From the NCBI GenBank assembly GCA_964188305.1, contig OZ076888.1: DNA of 64,000 nt; one strand, written 5' to 3'. This document shows, piece after piece, positions 26,872-37,360 of this stretch. The DNA comes from Podarcis bocagei. Taxonomy: Eukaryota. The notes beneath the pieces were generated by a model. The model was not told where the DNA came from. It saw nothing but the letters and a program-made list of their open reading frames with translations, and searched no databases. Both the position numbers and the translations under genes were made by a program. The number at the start of each line of letters is the position of its first letter. Position 1 is the first letter of the stretch.

Positions 26872-27308
26872 NNNNNNNNNNNNNNNNNNNNNNNNNNNNN
26901 NNNNNNNNNNNNNNNNNNNNNNNNNNNNNNNNNNNNNNNNNNNNNNNNNNNNNNNNNNNNNNNNNNNNNNNNNNNNNNNNNNNNNNNNNNNNNNNNNNNN
27001 NNNNNNNNNNNNNNNNNNNNNNNNNNNNNNNNNNNNNNNNNNNNNNNNNNNNNNNNNNNNNNNNNNNNNNNNNNNNNNNNNNNNNNNNNNNNNNNNNNNN
27101 NNNNNNNNNNNNNNNNNNNNNNNNNNNNNNNNNNNNNNNNNNNNNNNNNNNNNNNNNNNNNNNNNNNNNNNNNNNNNNNNNNNNNNNNNNNNNNNNNNNN
27201 NNNNNNNNNNNNNNNNNNNNNNNNNNNNNNNNNNNNNNNNNNNNNNNNNNNNNNNNNNNNNNNNNNNNNNNNNNNNNNNNNNNNNNNNNNNNNNNNNNNN
27301 NNNNNNNN
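26872..27308. other. Assembly gap flanked by (TA)n and (GA)n microsatellites
   Basis: Run of N. Confidence 1.
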
Positions 27309-27321
27309 TGAGAGAAAGAGA

Positions 27322-27361
<40 letters not shown>

Positions 27362-27463
27362 CCAAGCAATTCCTACTTCCCTATTCCCCCACAGTGCATT
27401 TCAAAACTTCCTCATTTATATTCAGTAGGTGTTATCTATCTATCGACACACACACCCCATATC

Positions 27464-27940
27464 TGTCAGGGACTAGGCAGAGGAGGAATGGTGGAGACTG
27501 CCGCCCCATCCTGACGCCTCCAGGGAGGAGGAAGGGGATGACAGTATAGATTTACAATAGGGGTTTGAGGGAGGTCACAGCTCAGAGGCAGATGAGGGGG
27601 AAAGTTGGGAAATAATGGGAGAGGAGGAGGCAAAACCGGAACGGCAGCTGACTGGTGCGGTGTCTTTAGAAAGCATTCCAGACCAACCCCCCCTCCCAGA
27701 ACCTGGAGAGCCTTAAAAGTAGGAGAGCTAAGTGCTCAAAGACAGAGGGCATGTAGCAGCACCTGCAGAAGTGACGAATGAGGAAGTGGGACATTCACTT
27801 GGGACAATGCCATTATCTAAGAGGCTGGGTACTATAGCCTCTCTCTGTAATATTGGAATAAAAAAGGATGGTAAGAAACTTTCCTTTGTCTTTATACTTT
27901 CCTGGGCGACCAGCCAGGAGCCGCTGACAGCATCCTGACA
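27464..27940 (+). mobile_element. Solo LTR (family A, copy 1)
   Basis: TGTCAGG...CCTGACA inverted ends, 5-bp TSD ATATC (27459-27463 / 27941-27945) and AATAAA at ~27857. Homologous to 45961-46438. Confidence 0.92.
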
Positions 27941-28911
27941 ATATCTGTCTCTCTTACATGCTACATATTGTGAAAGCATCTCTAGGTGGTTTATAACAAA
28001 ATTCATTAAAAATACAATAGCAAAAATAAAATCCAGCAACATTAACAGCCAGTGGAAAGGTTAACCCACAAAAGCATGGCAAATGGCTGGCATTAGTAGC
28101 CAGCAAAGGCTTCTGTAAGTTTTCAGCATATGACAAAACTGAAGCACCATCAGCACAGACCCTACTTCTCAGGGGAGTCTTTTCCAAAGAGCCTCACCAG
28201 GTCTATGCAGGGTGGGGGCAGCTGGGTACACTTGCCCTGGGCCTCAGAGGGCAAAAGCCAGTGAGAGATGGAGCAAGAGTAGCAAGCACGGTCACACTCC
28301 CTATCTTCCTAACTGCTTTAATATAACCATGTCCACCCTTCATCCCAAAGCACACCCTCCTTACCTGACACCCCAACCCCTCTTGCCGTGCCCTAACCAG
28401 GACAGAATCAGGAGGAAGAAGCTTCTATTTTCAGTAAAGTTTTTTTTTAAGGTGTGATAGCTAAATATGTATGTAGCGCTTAAAAATATAAAGTAGGCAG
28501 GCAGCCCACACTAGACACCTGGTGGGAAATACAAGACAGATGGTTCACCCAGTGTTCTGCTTGACAGAATGTATGTCTGACAGGCAAATTGTAAAGCCAG
28601 GAGGAAGCCTGTAGGGGAGAGACCCATTGTGACTTCTCTTTAAATATTATGATTGCCTTCAGCCTAAGCTTCAGTTTGTTCTAGAATGTTACAGGGGTAG
28701 AAATAACATGAACCCAGTGTGCAACTGTCAGTCTCTGTAATCGTAACTAATATCTCAAATACTTACTATTTATTTATGGCTGGATTTCTGGCCCCACCCT
28801 TCCTCCCTGCCCAGGGCAACTAACAAAAAATCTTATGAAACTGTATCCAATCGTCAATAGTGAAAATGGCAATTATAAAAATTACAGTGCCTAAATATAT
28901 CTAGTAGTGGA

Positions 28912-30058
28912 CTGTGGTGGGGCACCATCACCACTCCCCTGACCTCCACTCAGTCACGCCACTGCTGCTTATTGGGATGTGGAGGGTGAGTGAAGTCAGA
29001 GTGGTACAAGCACACTGGTGGAGCCAATACGGTTTACCTGCCTGTATGTTTCGTGTATCGCTCAGCAAGCAGACCAAACTACTGTACCAGCCAATAAAGA
29101 AAAGAAACAAACCAACCCTCTTGCACCTAGCAAGCTGGAACATCAGGACCATGTGTCCTGGCTTGTCCACTGACCTGCTGCAGGTCAACAACTCACAGAA
29201 GACAGCTATTTTGACTATGAGTTGAAAACACTCAACATTCATATTGCTGCTCTATAGGAGACCAGACTCGCTTTGAATAGCATCCTCTGAGAAAAGAACG
29301 ACTGGCAACGAGGGCATTCAGGAGAACCACGTATTCACGGTGTTGGCTTCACAGTGAGGAACTCTCTTCTGTCTGCGACAGAACTGCTGACCAAGGGCTC
29401 AGAACTCTTGCTTTCCCTCTGCCTCCCAACCACCTCTGTTCTGGTTAATATTGTGAGCATCTACACTCCCACTATGTGTTCTGATAAGCAGACCAAGGAT
29501 CAGTTCTACAAGGAACTAGACTAGGCTGTCAGGAGGGTCCCAGCCTGCAAACATCTATTCCTGCTGAGAGATTTCAATGCCAGAGTTGAGGATGATCATC
29601 ACACATGGGACAACTGCATTGGCAGAATGAACAAGAATGGACAAAGGATGCTTGAGTTGTGCTTCTATCACTGCCTACACATCACAAACATGTTCTTCTC
29701 TATCATGGCAAAACAGAGTGTGTCCTGGAGACATCCAAGATCAGACCACCAGCACCAGCTGGACTTGACTGTCACCAGGTGATCAGCACTGAACTGTGTT
29801 CATGTCACACAGAGCTACCACAGTGCCAGCTGTGACATGGATCACCCCCTGGTGGTGAGTCAAAGAGGATTCATAGCACAAAGAAGAAAGTGCAGCCTTG
29901 AATCAACGCTGGCAGAACAGCCATACCTGAAATTTGTGAACACTTCTCTGATTCCGTCGAACAAGCTCTACTGAATTGCCCCAGAGGCATTGTCGAAGGT
30001 GGAACTAGATCAAACAGGCAGCCTGCAATGCAACAATGCTCTCCTTCAATATTTAGGT
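28912..30058 (+). mobile_element. RTE-clade LINE, 5' portion (decayed APE endonuclease), non-BovB
   Basis: Frame-broken translation LASWNIRTMCPGLS..KTAI..LNIHIAAL*ETRL..HGVGFTVRN..SIYTPT..KDQFYKEL..DFNARV..NGQRMLELC..WRHPRS..HQLDL. No RT domain follows. Confidence 0.85.
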
Positions 30059-30667
30059 GTGATACAATAAAAGCCACCATATTTCTCTAGCTCACATTTT
30101 CAATCTCTTTGTTGAATGCCCACCCTTAATACACAAACACCAGGATCCTTGACTGGCTCAGCTCAGGTAAAAATCTGTTAATAAAGTACATAAAAAAATT
30201 TCCTCATCTGATCACATTCCATAGGGATAAATTAATCCCCATAAAATTTCACATTAAGAGATACATTTTAGCAATGAAAGTAATTTGAACTAAATGCTGC
30301 GGTGATATGAAATCAAATAGAATTTGATAGCAATAGTATTAGGAACGTGTATAGCATGAAGGAAACCTTTTCCTGGGGGGTTCAAGGCATAGTAGTGGTG
30401 GTGCTTCTTTTGTGTTGTGTTCATTTCCCAACATATTTATAGAGCTTCCTTTTATAAAAGTGGAGTGAGATGAATGGCTGTCATGGGTGATCTTTCAACT
30501 CAAATTTTATCAGAGAAGACCCAGTGAAATAGAAGGACTTAAGTAACTTAATAAGCCCATTGACTTCAAAAGAACTAATATGAGTTTAGGAGTGGACAAA
30601 TCTATTTTCGTGAGTGAGAAAGATCTTTAATTCAGTTCACATCTCTGTAGCAGGCTGCAATTTTATT

Positions 30668-31880
30668 TTATTTTTTTTTAATGCATTTTTATTGAAGTTA
30701 TGCACAAAAAACAGACATATATGAAAATACAGAGAAAAAATTACAAAGAAAAAAGAAAAAAAAAGGAAAAACCACACGTCCGAAAAAAGAAAAACACACA
30801 ATCTGAACTTCCCTCCATCCTTTTGATAAGTATCGAATATCTCCTTCCATTACGTATTTGATTTTCAATCTATAGTCTTAAGTTCACTTGCTGGTCGTAT
30901 TGTTCTAACCCCGTCAATTCACTTTAAGCATTTATTCCAATATATTTCCAAAATTTACTCCAATTTTTCAGAAATTTCTGTTCATCCTGATCTCTTATTT
31001 TACCTGTTAGTTTGTCAAGCTCAGCATAGTTTACCATTCTAATCTGCCAGTCCTTTATGTTGGGGATGGTTTCCACTTTCCAATATTGTGCCAACATAAT
31101 TCTCGCTGCTGTGGTGGCGTAGAGGAATATCGTCCTATCTTCCTTTTTAATTTCTTTATCCATCATTCCCAACAGGAAGGCTTCAGGCCTCTTGGGAAAG
31201 GTATACTTAAATATTTTTTTAAGTTCATTATAAATTAATTCCCAAAAGCCTTTCACCTTTTTACATGTCCACCATAAATGATATAGGTCACCCTCCACCT
31301 CGCCACATTTCCAGCATCTCTTATCCTTTAATCTATACATTTTGGCCAATTTCACAGGGGTGTGGTACCATCTATATAGCATCTTCCAGATATTTTCTCT
31401 CAGTGCCATACATGCTGTGAACTTTATGTTACAATTCCAAACTTCTATCCACCTTTCAAAATCAATATTATAACCAAAGTCAATTGCCCATTTAATCATT
31501 GCCTCCTTCACCTCCTCATCTTTTGTGTACCACTCTAGTAATATATCATAAATTCTGGACAGGGTTTTATTTTTGCCTTCTATTACTTCTATATTAAACT
31601 TTGATTTTTTATCATCAAAACCCGCCTTCCTCTTATCCTCTTTTAACAAATCATTCACCTGGTGGTATTGCAGCCAACCAGTGAATAAATTTTTTATTTC
31701 TTCATAAGGTCTGAGTTTGGGCCCTTGGTCAGTTTTTCTTAACATTTCTTCATAGGTGGCGTTTATCTCCTCCATATTTATTTTCTTAATCGTTAAGGCC
31801 TCTATTGGTGAAATCCACCATGGGGTCTTTCTTTCAAGGAGGTTTTTGTTCCTTTCCCATGCTTGATATAATGGTCCCCT
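30668..31880 (-). mobile_element. 5'-truncated L1 LINE
   Basis: PolyA and AATAAA at ~30661-30693, an A-rich 3'UTR and an open ORF2 C-terminus. Possible TSD ATTTTATT. Confidence 0.92.
30924..31775 (-). pseudogene. L1 ORF2 C-terminal fragment with Cys-rich zinc knuckle
   Basis: 283-aa open frame with RWYHTPVKLAKM..CWKCGEVEGDLYHLWWTC..ATTAARIMLAQYWK. It lacks the EN and RT domains. Confidence 0.9.
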
Positions 31881-32914
31881 ATTTTATTCTTTGATAGATT
31901 TACAAAAAGAAAAGCACACACAAATAAACTTTAGAAAGTGGCAAGATCACAAGCGGATGCACAAAACATTTTTTTAAAATAAAAAGCATGACTTCTCACA
32001 TTCTTCTCTGGTCCCCCTTTCTTCCTGCCCAGGGTGGCCCTACCCTCTGCCTGCCCTTCAGAGCTGATGCATCACGCAGGCAGCTATAGCTTCTCCTCCT
32101 TGTCCGCTTTCCAGCAGCTGCTGTGAGCTATCCAAGGGAGGAGGCCAGCGGTGGCTGCCAGGTAGAGGCAATGGGATGCTCCCTCACCACTACCGCCACT
32201 CGGGATAAGAGCTGGCACATCCTCCTCAGCGACAGCACTGGTGGTGGGGAATAGGGGCGTTCAAAGCAAAAGCCAGGATGGCTTTTGTCATTTTGGGACT
32301 GTTCCCCTGAAAATCTGGACACTTGGAGGGTAGGTCTTGAACCAATTGTGGAGTTTAACTGGGACAAAAAAATGTAAAAGATCTTTTCAAACTACAAGAT
32401 TGACGACCTGAAATCTGCCAGGTCAAAAATGCTATTAAGCTAATCTTTTTCAAAAAAATTGTTTTATTAGACAAGTTCAGAAGATGTGAATTAAACAAGA
32501 CAGGACTCTTCACAGCACACAATTATCAGCTTGTTAACTTGTTACTCCTTGTACAAAGCTCATGGTTCATGTGCCATGCTTTGTGGTTGCCTCAACTGAA
32601 TGCAAATCCATATCCACACAGCAGCTTCCACCAACCTGGTGCCCTCCAGATGTTTGGGACTACAACTCCCATCAGCCCCAGCCAGCGGCACCAGATTGGC
32701 GAAGACTACAGTACCATAATGTATATTTACTTTTAACTCTAGCCTGATGGAAAGAAGACTGTAAGAGTAAAATAAAACATTAACAATCCAACTGAATAAT
32801 CAAAGTGCACTGCCTTCTTCAGGTATAAGTATGAAGAGGGTTGGGGCCCTGCTCACTACTACAGCTATTAAATTTTGGGCCTGCTTTGGGATGTGCAGGT
32901 GCTGGATATTGTTA

Positions 32915-33242
32915 AGTTTGCAGGGCAGCAGTTGAAGAAGGAGCAAAAAGGGTTTTCTTGTGTGTGTTTCTTTGTGGCTGATTAGCTGTTTTCCCTGTGT
33001 AAAGGTCAGAGGGGGCAGGGTTTCTGTTGAGGCAGGGGATTAGCTGTGGGAGGAGCTTATCAGAGTTTGCAGGGCAGCAGTTGAAGAAGGAGCAAAAAGG
33101 GTTTTCTTGTGTGTGTGTGTTTCTTTGTGGCTGATTAGCTGTTCTCCCTGTGCAAAGGTCAGAGGGGGCAGGCTTTCTATTGAGGCAGGGGATTAGCTGT
33201 GGGAGGAGCTTATCAGACCTAGCAGGGCAGCAGTTGAAGAAG
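32915..33242 (+). promoter_or_regulatory. Tandem ~150-bp monomers in CR1 5'UTR (putative internal promoter)
   Basis: Units start at 32915 and 33064 (149 and 153 bp), with a partial third unit at 33217. Promoter function is inferred. Confidence 0.75.
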
Positions 33243-33404
33243 CGCGCGCAGTTTGATCCATCTTTTAGATTTAGGGGAGCTAGTCTCAAACGTTTGTTGG
33301 GGGAGAACTAGGTGTTTTTTTTTGTGGGGGAAGTTATTTGTCCTGTCTTCAAGCTTTTTATGATGGAGGGCCTCTGTAGCCACCCCCAACGACACGATCT
33401 CAAG

Positions 33405-34433
33405 ATGGAAGGGGAGGGAACAGCTGCAGTCACCTGCGATTCCTGCGCAATGTTTGCCATCTTGCCAAAGGTTGCAGGCAGCTTTACCTGCAGCAATTGC
33501 ATGTTGATTGCCCTTTTAAAAGACAAAGTCCAGCAACTGGAGGAACGTGTAGCTACGCTCCAAAGAATTAGAGAGCTGGAGCTCTTCTTGGAAGCAACAG
33601 AGCACACCGTCCCCACCAAGGAGGAGACAGGGGACTCCCCTGAGAAGGAGGCTAGTTCACCAACACAGGAGCCAGATATATGGAGAAACGTGACTCAAAG
33701 AAGTAGGAGGCCCAGGGTTCACTCTGATTGTTTAGAAATACACAATCGCTTTGAGGTCCTCTCCCCTAGCATGGAAGATGAAGAGCAGACTCCATTTGAG
33801 GATCTCTCCCTCATTACAGTCGATCAGGTATACGAAGACGAGCAGCAAAGTCAGTTCTCAGGGAATGTGCAGGCGACCTTGGAACGGACAGCTCACGGAA
33901 GAACCCCGACCAAAGCCAAGAGGAGGCGTGTAGTGGTGATAGGGGATTCCCTACTGAGGGGAACAGAAGCAGTGATCTGTGGGCCTGACAAGATGTCTCG
34001 GGAAGTGTGCTGTCTCCCCGGGGCTAAGATCCAAGATGTAACTGAACGACTGCAAGGAATCATAAAACCCACTGACAAATACCCCTTCCTCTTGGTTCAT
34101 GTGGGAACCAATGACACTGCAAGCAATAGCCTCCAGAAGATCAAAAGAGACTACGAGGCTCTCGGCAGGAAATTGAAGCAACTAAATGCACAAATTGTCA
34201 TCTCGTCTGTCCTCCCAGTTGAACAACGTGGCCCAGGGAGAGAGGGGAAAATAGTGGAAGTGAACAGCTGGCTTCGCAAATGGTGTAAACAGGAACGGTT
34301 TGGATTCTTAGATCACGGACTGCAGTTTCTTGAAGATGGACTTCTGGCAAGTGATGGGCTGCACCTCACAACGGTTGGGAGAAATGTTTTTGCCAAAAAT
34401 CTCAGAAACCTCATCAGGAGGGCTTTAAACTGA
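33405..34433 (+). CDS. CR1 ORF1p: CX2C-X14-CX2C zinc finger, coiled coil, SGNH/GDSL esterase
   Basis: CDSC...[27 protein letters not shown] and SGNH blocks GDSL, PGA, GTND, DGLH. The ATG at 33405 has strong context (AAGATGG); an alternative ATG lies at 33360. Confidence 0.93.
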   Translation: MEGEGTAAVTCDSCAMFAILPKVAGSFTCSNCMLIALLKDKVQQLEERVATLQRIRELELFLEATEHTVPTKEETGDSPEKEASSPTQEPDIWRNVTQRSRRPRVHSDCLEIHNRFEVLSPSMEDEEQTPFEDLSLITVDQVYEDEQQSQFSGNVQATLERTAHGRTPTKAKRRRVVVIGDSLLRGTEAVICGPDKMSREVCCLPGAKIQDVTERLQGIIKPTDKYPFLLVHVGTNDTASNSLQKIKRDYEALGRKLKQLNAQIVISSVLPVEQRGPGREGKIVEVNSWLRKWCKQERFGFLDHGLQFLEDGLLASDGLHLTTVGRNVFAKNLRNLIRRALN

Positions 34434-34438
34434 CTAAT

Positions 34439-37360
34439 GTGGGGGAGGGAGACAGTGCTCCTGAAGGTAGGAGTCTATCAATTAATGAAGATGATCATCC
34501 AAATGTCATAGACCAAATGGAGCAAACAGCACGCGGACCTAGTGGTGGGAGGAAAAAATCCTTAAATAAGAGACACGGGGGAATGATTAATGGACTTCAA
34601 TGTCTGTACACTAATGCGCAAAGCATGGGAAATAAACAAGATGAGCTTGAGCTCTTGGTACAGCAAACTAAATATGACATAATAGGCATCACTGAAACCT
34701 GGTGGGATAAGTCCCACGATTGGAATGTAATAATGGGGGGATACAATCTATTTCAGAGAAACAGACCAGACAAGAAAGGAGGAGGAGTGGCGTTATATGT
34801 CAGGGATGTGTATACCTGTGAAGAGATCCAAGATTTAGAACCTCAAAGCCAAAGTGAGAGCATTTGGGTCAAAATTAAGGGAGAGAAGAATAACAGAGAC
34901 CTCATTGTGGGAGTTTACTATAGATCCCCAAGCCAAACGGAGGACATAGATGATGCCTTCCTGGAACAGATGGCCAAGCATGCAAAAGGAAGGGAGATAG
35001 TAGTAATAGGGGACTTCAATTACCCGGATATTTGTTGGACGTCAAACTCAGCCAAGAGCATAAGGTCAAACAGATTCCTCACTGGCCTTGCAGACAACTT
35101 CATTGTCCAGAAAGTGGGAGAAGCAACAAGAGGAACAGCCATTTTAGATCTGGTCCTAACCAATGTTGATGACCTGGTTAGTGGGGTAGATGTGGATGGA
35201 TCATTAGGCACGAGTGATCATGCTCTTCTGAAGTTTACTATACAGCGGAAAGGAGCAGCCAAGCATACTAGGACTCAATTTCTTGACTTTAAGAAAGCCG
35301 ACTTCATAAAACTTAGGGAAGTGCTGGGTGAGATCCCATGGACAGCAATACTAAAAGGAAAGGGAGTTCATGATGGCTGGGAGTTTGTTAAGAGGGAGAT
35401 AGTAAAAGCACAACGTCAGGCAATACCAATGAGACGCAAACATGGAAGGTACCTAAAGAAGCCAGGGTGGCTATCTAAAGAACTTTTAACTGAATTAAGA
35501 TTTAAAAAGGATGTGTACAAAAAATGGAAAAGGGGGGAAACCACCAAAGAGGAATTCAAACAAATAGCCAGCATGTGTAGACACAAAGTCAGAAAAGCTA
35601 AAGCACAGAATGAACTCAGGCTTGCTATAGAGGTTAAAAGCAACAAAAAAGGCTTTTATGGGTATGTTCGTAGCAAAAGGAAGAACAAAGAAACAGTGGG
35701 GTCACTCAGAGGAGAAGATGGTGAAATGCAAACAGGGGACACAGAAAGGGCTGAACTCCTCAATGCCTTCTTTGCCTCAGTCTTCTCCGATAAAGAAAAC
35801 AATGCCCGACCTGAAGAATTTGGAGCAAATGATTCAGCAAAGGAAACACAGCCCAGAATAACTAAGGAGATAGTACAAGAATATCTGGCTAGTTTAGATG
35901 TATTCAAGTCTCCAGGGCCAGATGAACTGCATCCAAGAGTATTAAAAGAACTGGCAGATGTGATCTCAGAACCACTGGCAGTCATCTTTGAGAATTCCTG
36001 GAGAACAGGCGAAGTCCCGGCAGACTGGAGGAGGGCAAATGTTGTCCCTATTTTCAAAAAGGGGGAAAGAGAGGACCCAAATAATTACCGCCCAATCAGT
36101 CTGACATCAATAGCAGGGAAGATTCTGGAGCAGATCATTAAGCAAACAGTCTGTGAGCACCTAGAAAGGAATGCTGTGATCACCAATAGTCAGCATGGAT
36201 TTCTGAAAAATAAGTCATGTCAGACTAACCTGATCTCGTTTTTTGACAGAATTACAAGCCTGGTAGATGAAGGGAACGCAGTGGATGTAGCCTACCTTGA
36301 TTTCAGCAAGGCATTTGACAAGGTGCCCCATGATATTCTTGTAAAGAAGCTGGTAAAATGCGGTCTTGACTATGCTACCACTCAGTGGATTTGTAACTGG
36401 CTGACTGACCGAACCCAAAGGGTGCTCATCAATGGTTCCTCTTCATCCTGGAGAAGAGTGACTAGTGGGGTGCCACAGGGTTCTGTCTTGGGCCCGGTCT
36501 TATTCAACATCTTTATCAACGACTTGGATGATGGACTCAAGGGCATCCTGATCAAATTTGCAGATGACACCAAACTGGGAGGGGTGGCTAACACCCCAGA
36601 GGACAGGAACACACTTCAAAACGACCTTGACAAATTAGAGAACTGGGCAAAAACAAACAAGATGAATTTTAACAGGGAGAAATGTAAAGTATTGCACTTG
36701 GGCAAAAAAAATGAGAGGCACAAATACAAGATGGGTGACACCTGGCTTGAGAGCAGTACATGTGAAAAGGATCTAGGAGTCTTGGTTGACCACAAACTTG
36801 ACATGAGCCAACAGTGTGACGCGGCAGCTAAAAAAGCCACTGCAATTCTGGGCTGCATCAATAGGAGTATAGCATCTAGATCAAGGGAAGTAATAGTGCC
36901 ACTGTATTCTGCTCTGGTCAGACCTCACCTGGAGTACTGTGTCCAGTTCTGGGCACCACAGTTCAAGAAGGACACTGACAAACTGGAACGTGTCCAGAGG
37001 AGGGCAACCAAAATGGTCAAAGGCCTGGAAACGATGCCTTATGAGGAACGGCTAAGGGAGCTGGGCATGTTTAGCCTGGAGAAGAGGAGGTTAAGGGGTG
37101 ATATGATAGCCATGTTCAAATATATAAAAGGATGTCACATAGAGGAGGGAGAAAGATTGTTTTCTGCTGCTCCAGAGAAGCGGACACGGAGCAATGGATC
37201 CAAACTACAAGAAAGAAGATTCCACCTAAACATTAGGAAGAACTTCCTGACAGTAAGAGCTGTTCGACAGTGGAATTTGCTGCCAAGGAGTGTGGTGGAG
37301 TCTCCTACTTTGGAGGTCTTTAAGCAGAGGCTTGACAACCATATGTCAGGAGTGCTCTGA
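34439..37360 (+). CDS. CR1 ORF2p: APE endonuclease + reverse transcriptase
   Basis: 973-aa open frame. EN motifs YTNAQS, GITETW, GDFN, LDL, SDH; RT motifs [24 protein letters not shown]. The frame is open from 34355 and its first ATG is at 34517. Confidence 0.97.
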   Translation: MGEGDSAPEGRSLSINEDDHPNVIDQMEQTARGPSGGRKKSLNKRHGGMINGLQCLYTNAQSMGNKQDELELLVQQTKYDIIGITETWWDKSHDWNVIMGGYNLFQRNRPDKKGGGVALYVRDVYTCEEIQDLEPQSQSESIWVKIKGEKNNRDLIVGVYYRSPSQTEDIDDAFLEQMAKHAKGREIVVIGDFNYPDICWTSNSAKSIRSNRFLTGLADNFIVQKVGEATRGTAILDLVLTNVDDLVSGVDVDGSLGTSDHALLKFTIQRKGAAKHTRTQFLDFKKADFIKLREVLGEIPWTAILKGKGVHDGWEFVKREIVKAQRQAIPMRRKHGRYLKKPGWLSKELLTELRFKKDVYKKWKRGETTKEEFKQIASMCRHKVRKAKAQNELRLAIEVKSNKKGFYGYVRSKRKNKETVGSLRGEDGEMQTGDTERAELLNAFFASVFSDKENNARPEEFGANDSAKETQPRITKEIVQEYLASLDVFKSPGPDELHPRVLKELADVISEPLAVIFENSWRTGEVPADWRRANVVPIFKKGEREDPNNYRPISLTSIAGKILEQIIKQTVCEHLERNAVITNSQHGFLKNKSCQTNLISFFDRITSLVDEGNAVDVAYLDFSKAFDKVPHDILVKKLVKCGLDYATTQWICNWLTDRTQRVLINGSSSSWRRVTSGVPQGSVLGPVLFNIFINDLDDGLKGILIKFADDTKLGGVANTPEDRNTLQNDLDKLENWAKTNKMNFNREKCKVLHLGKKNERHKYKMGDTWLESSTCEKDLGVLVDHKLDMSQQCDAAAKKATAILGCINRSIASRSREVIVPLYSALVRPHLEYCVQFWAPQFKKDTDKLERVQRRATKMVKGLETMPYEERLRELGMFSLEKRRLRGDMIAMFKYIKGCHIEEGERLFSAAPEKRTRSNGSKLQERRFHLNIRKNFLTVRAVRQWNLLPRSVVESPTLEVFKQRLDNHMSGVL

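Noticed and set aside
26501-27549. Long ORFs of 184-337 aa (similar ones at 40804-41749)
   Set aside because: They run through N gaps and microsatellites, so they are artefacts.
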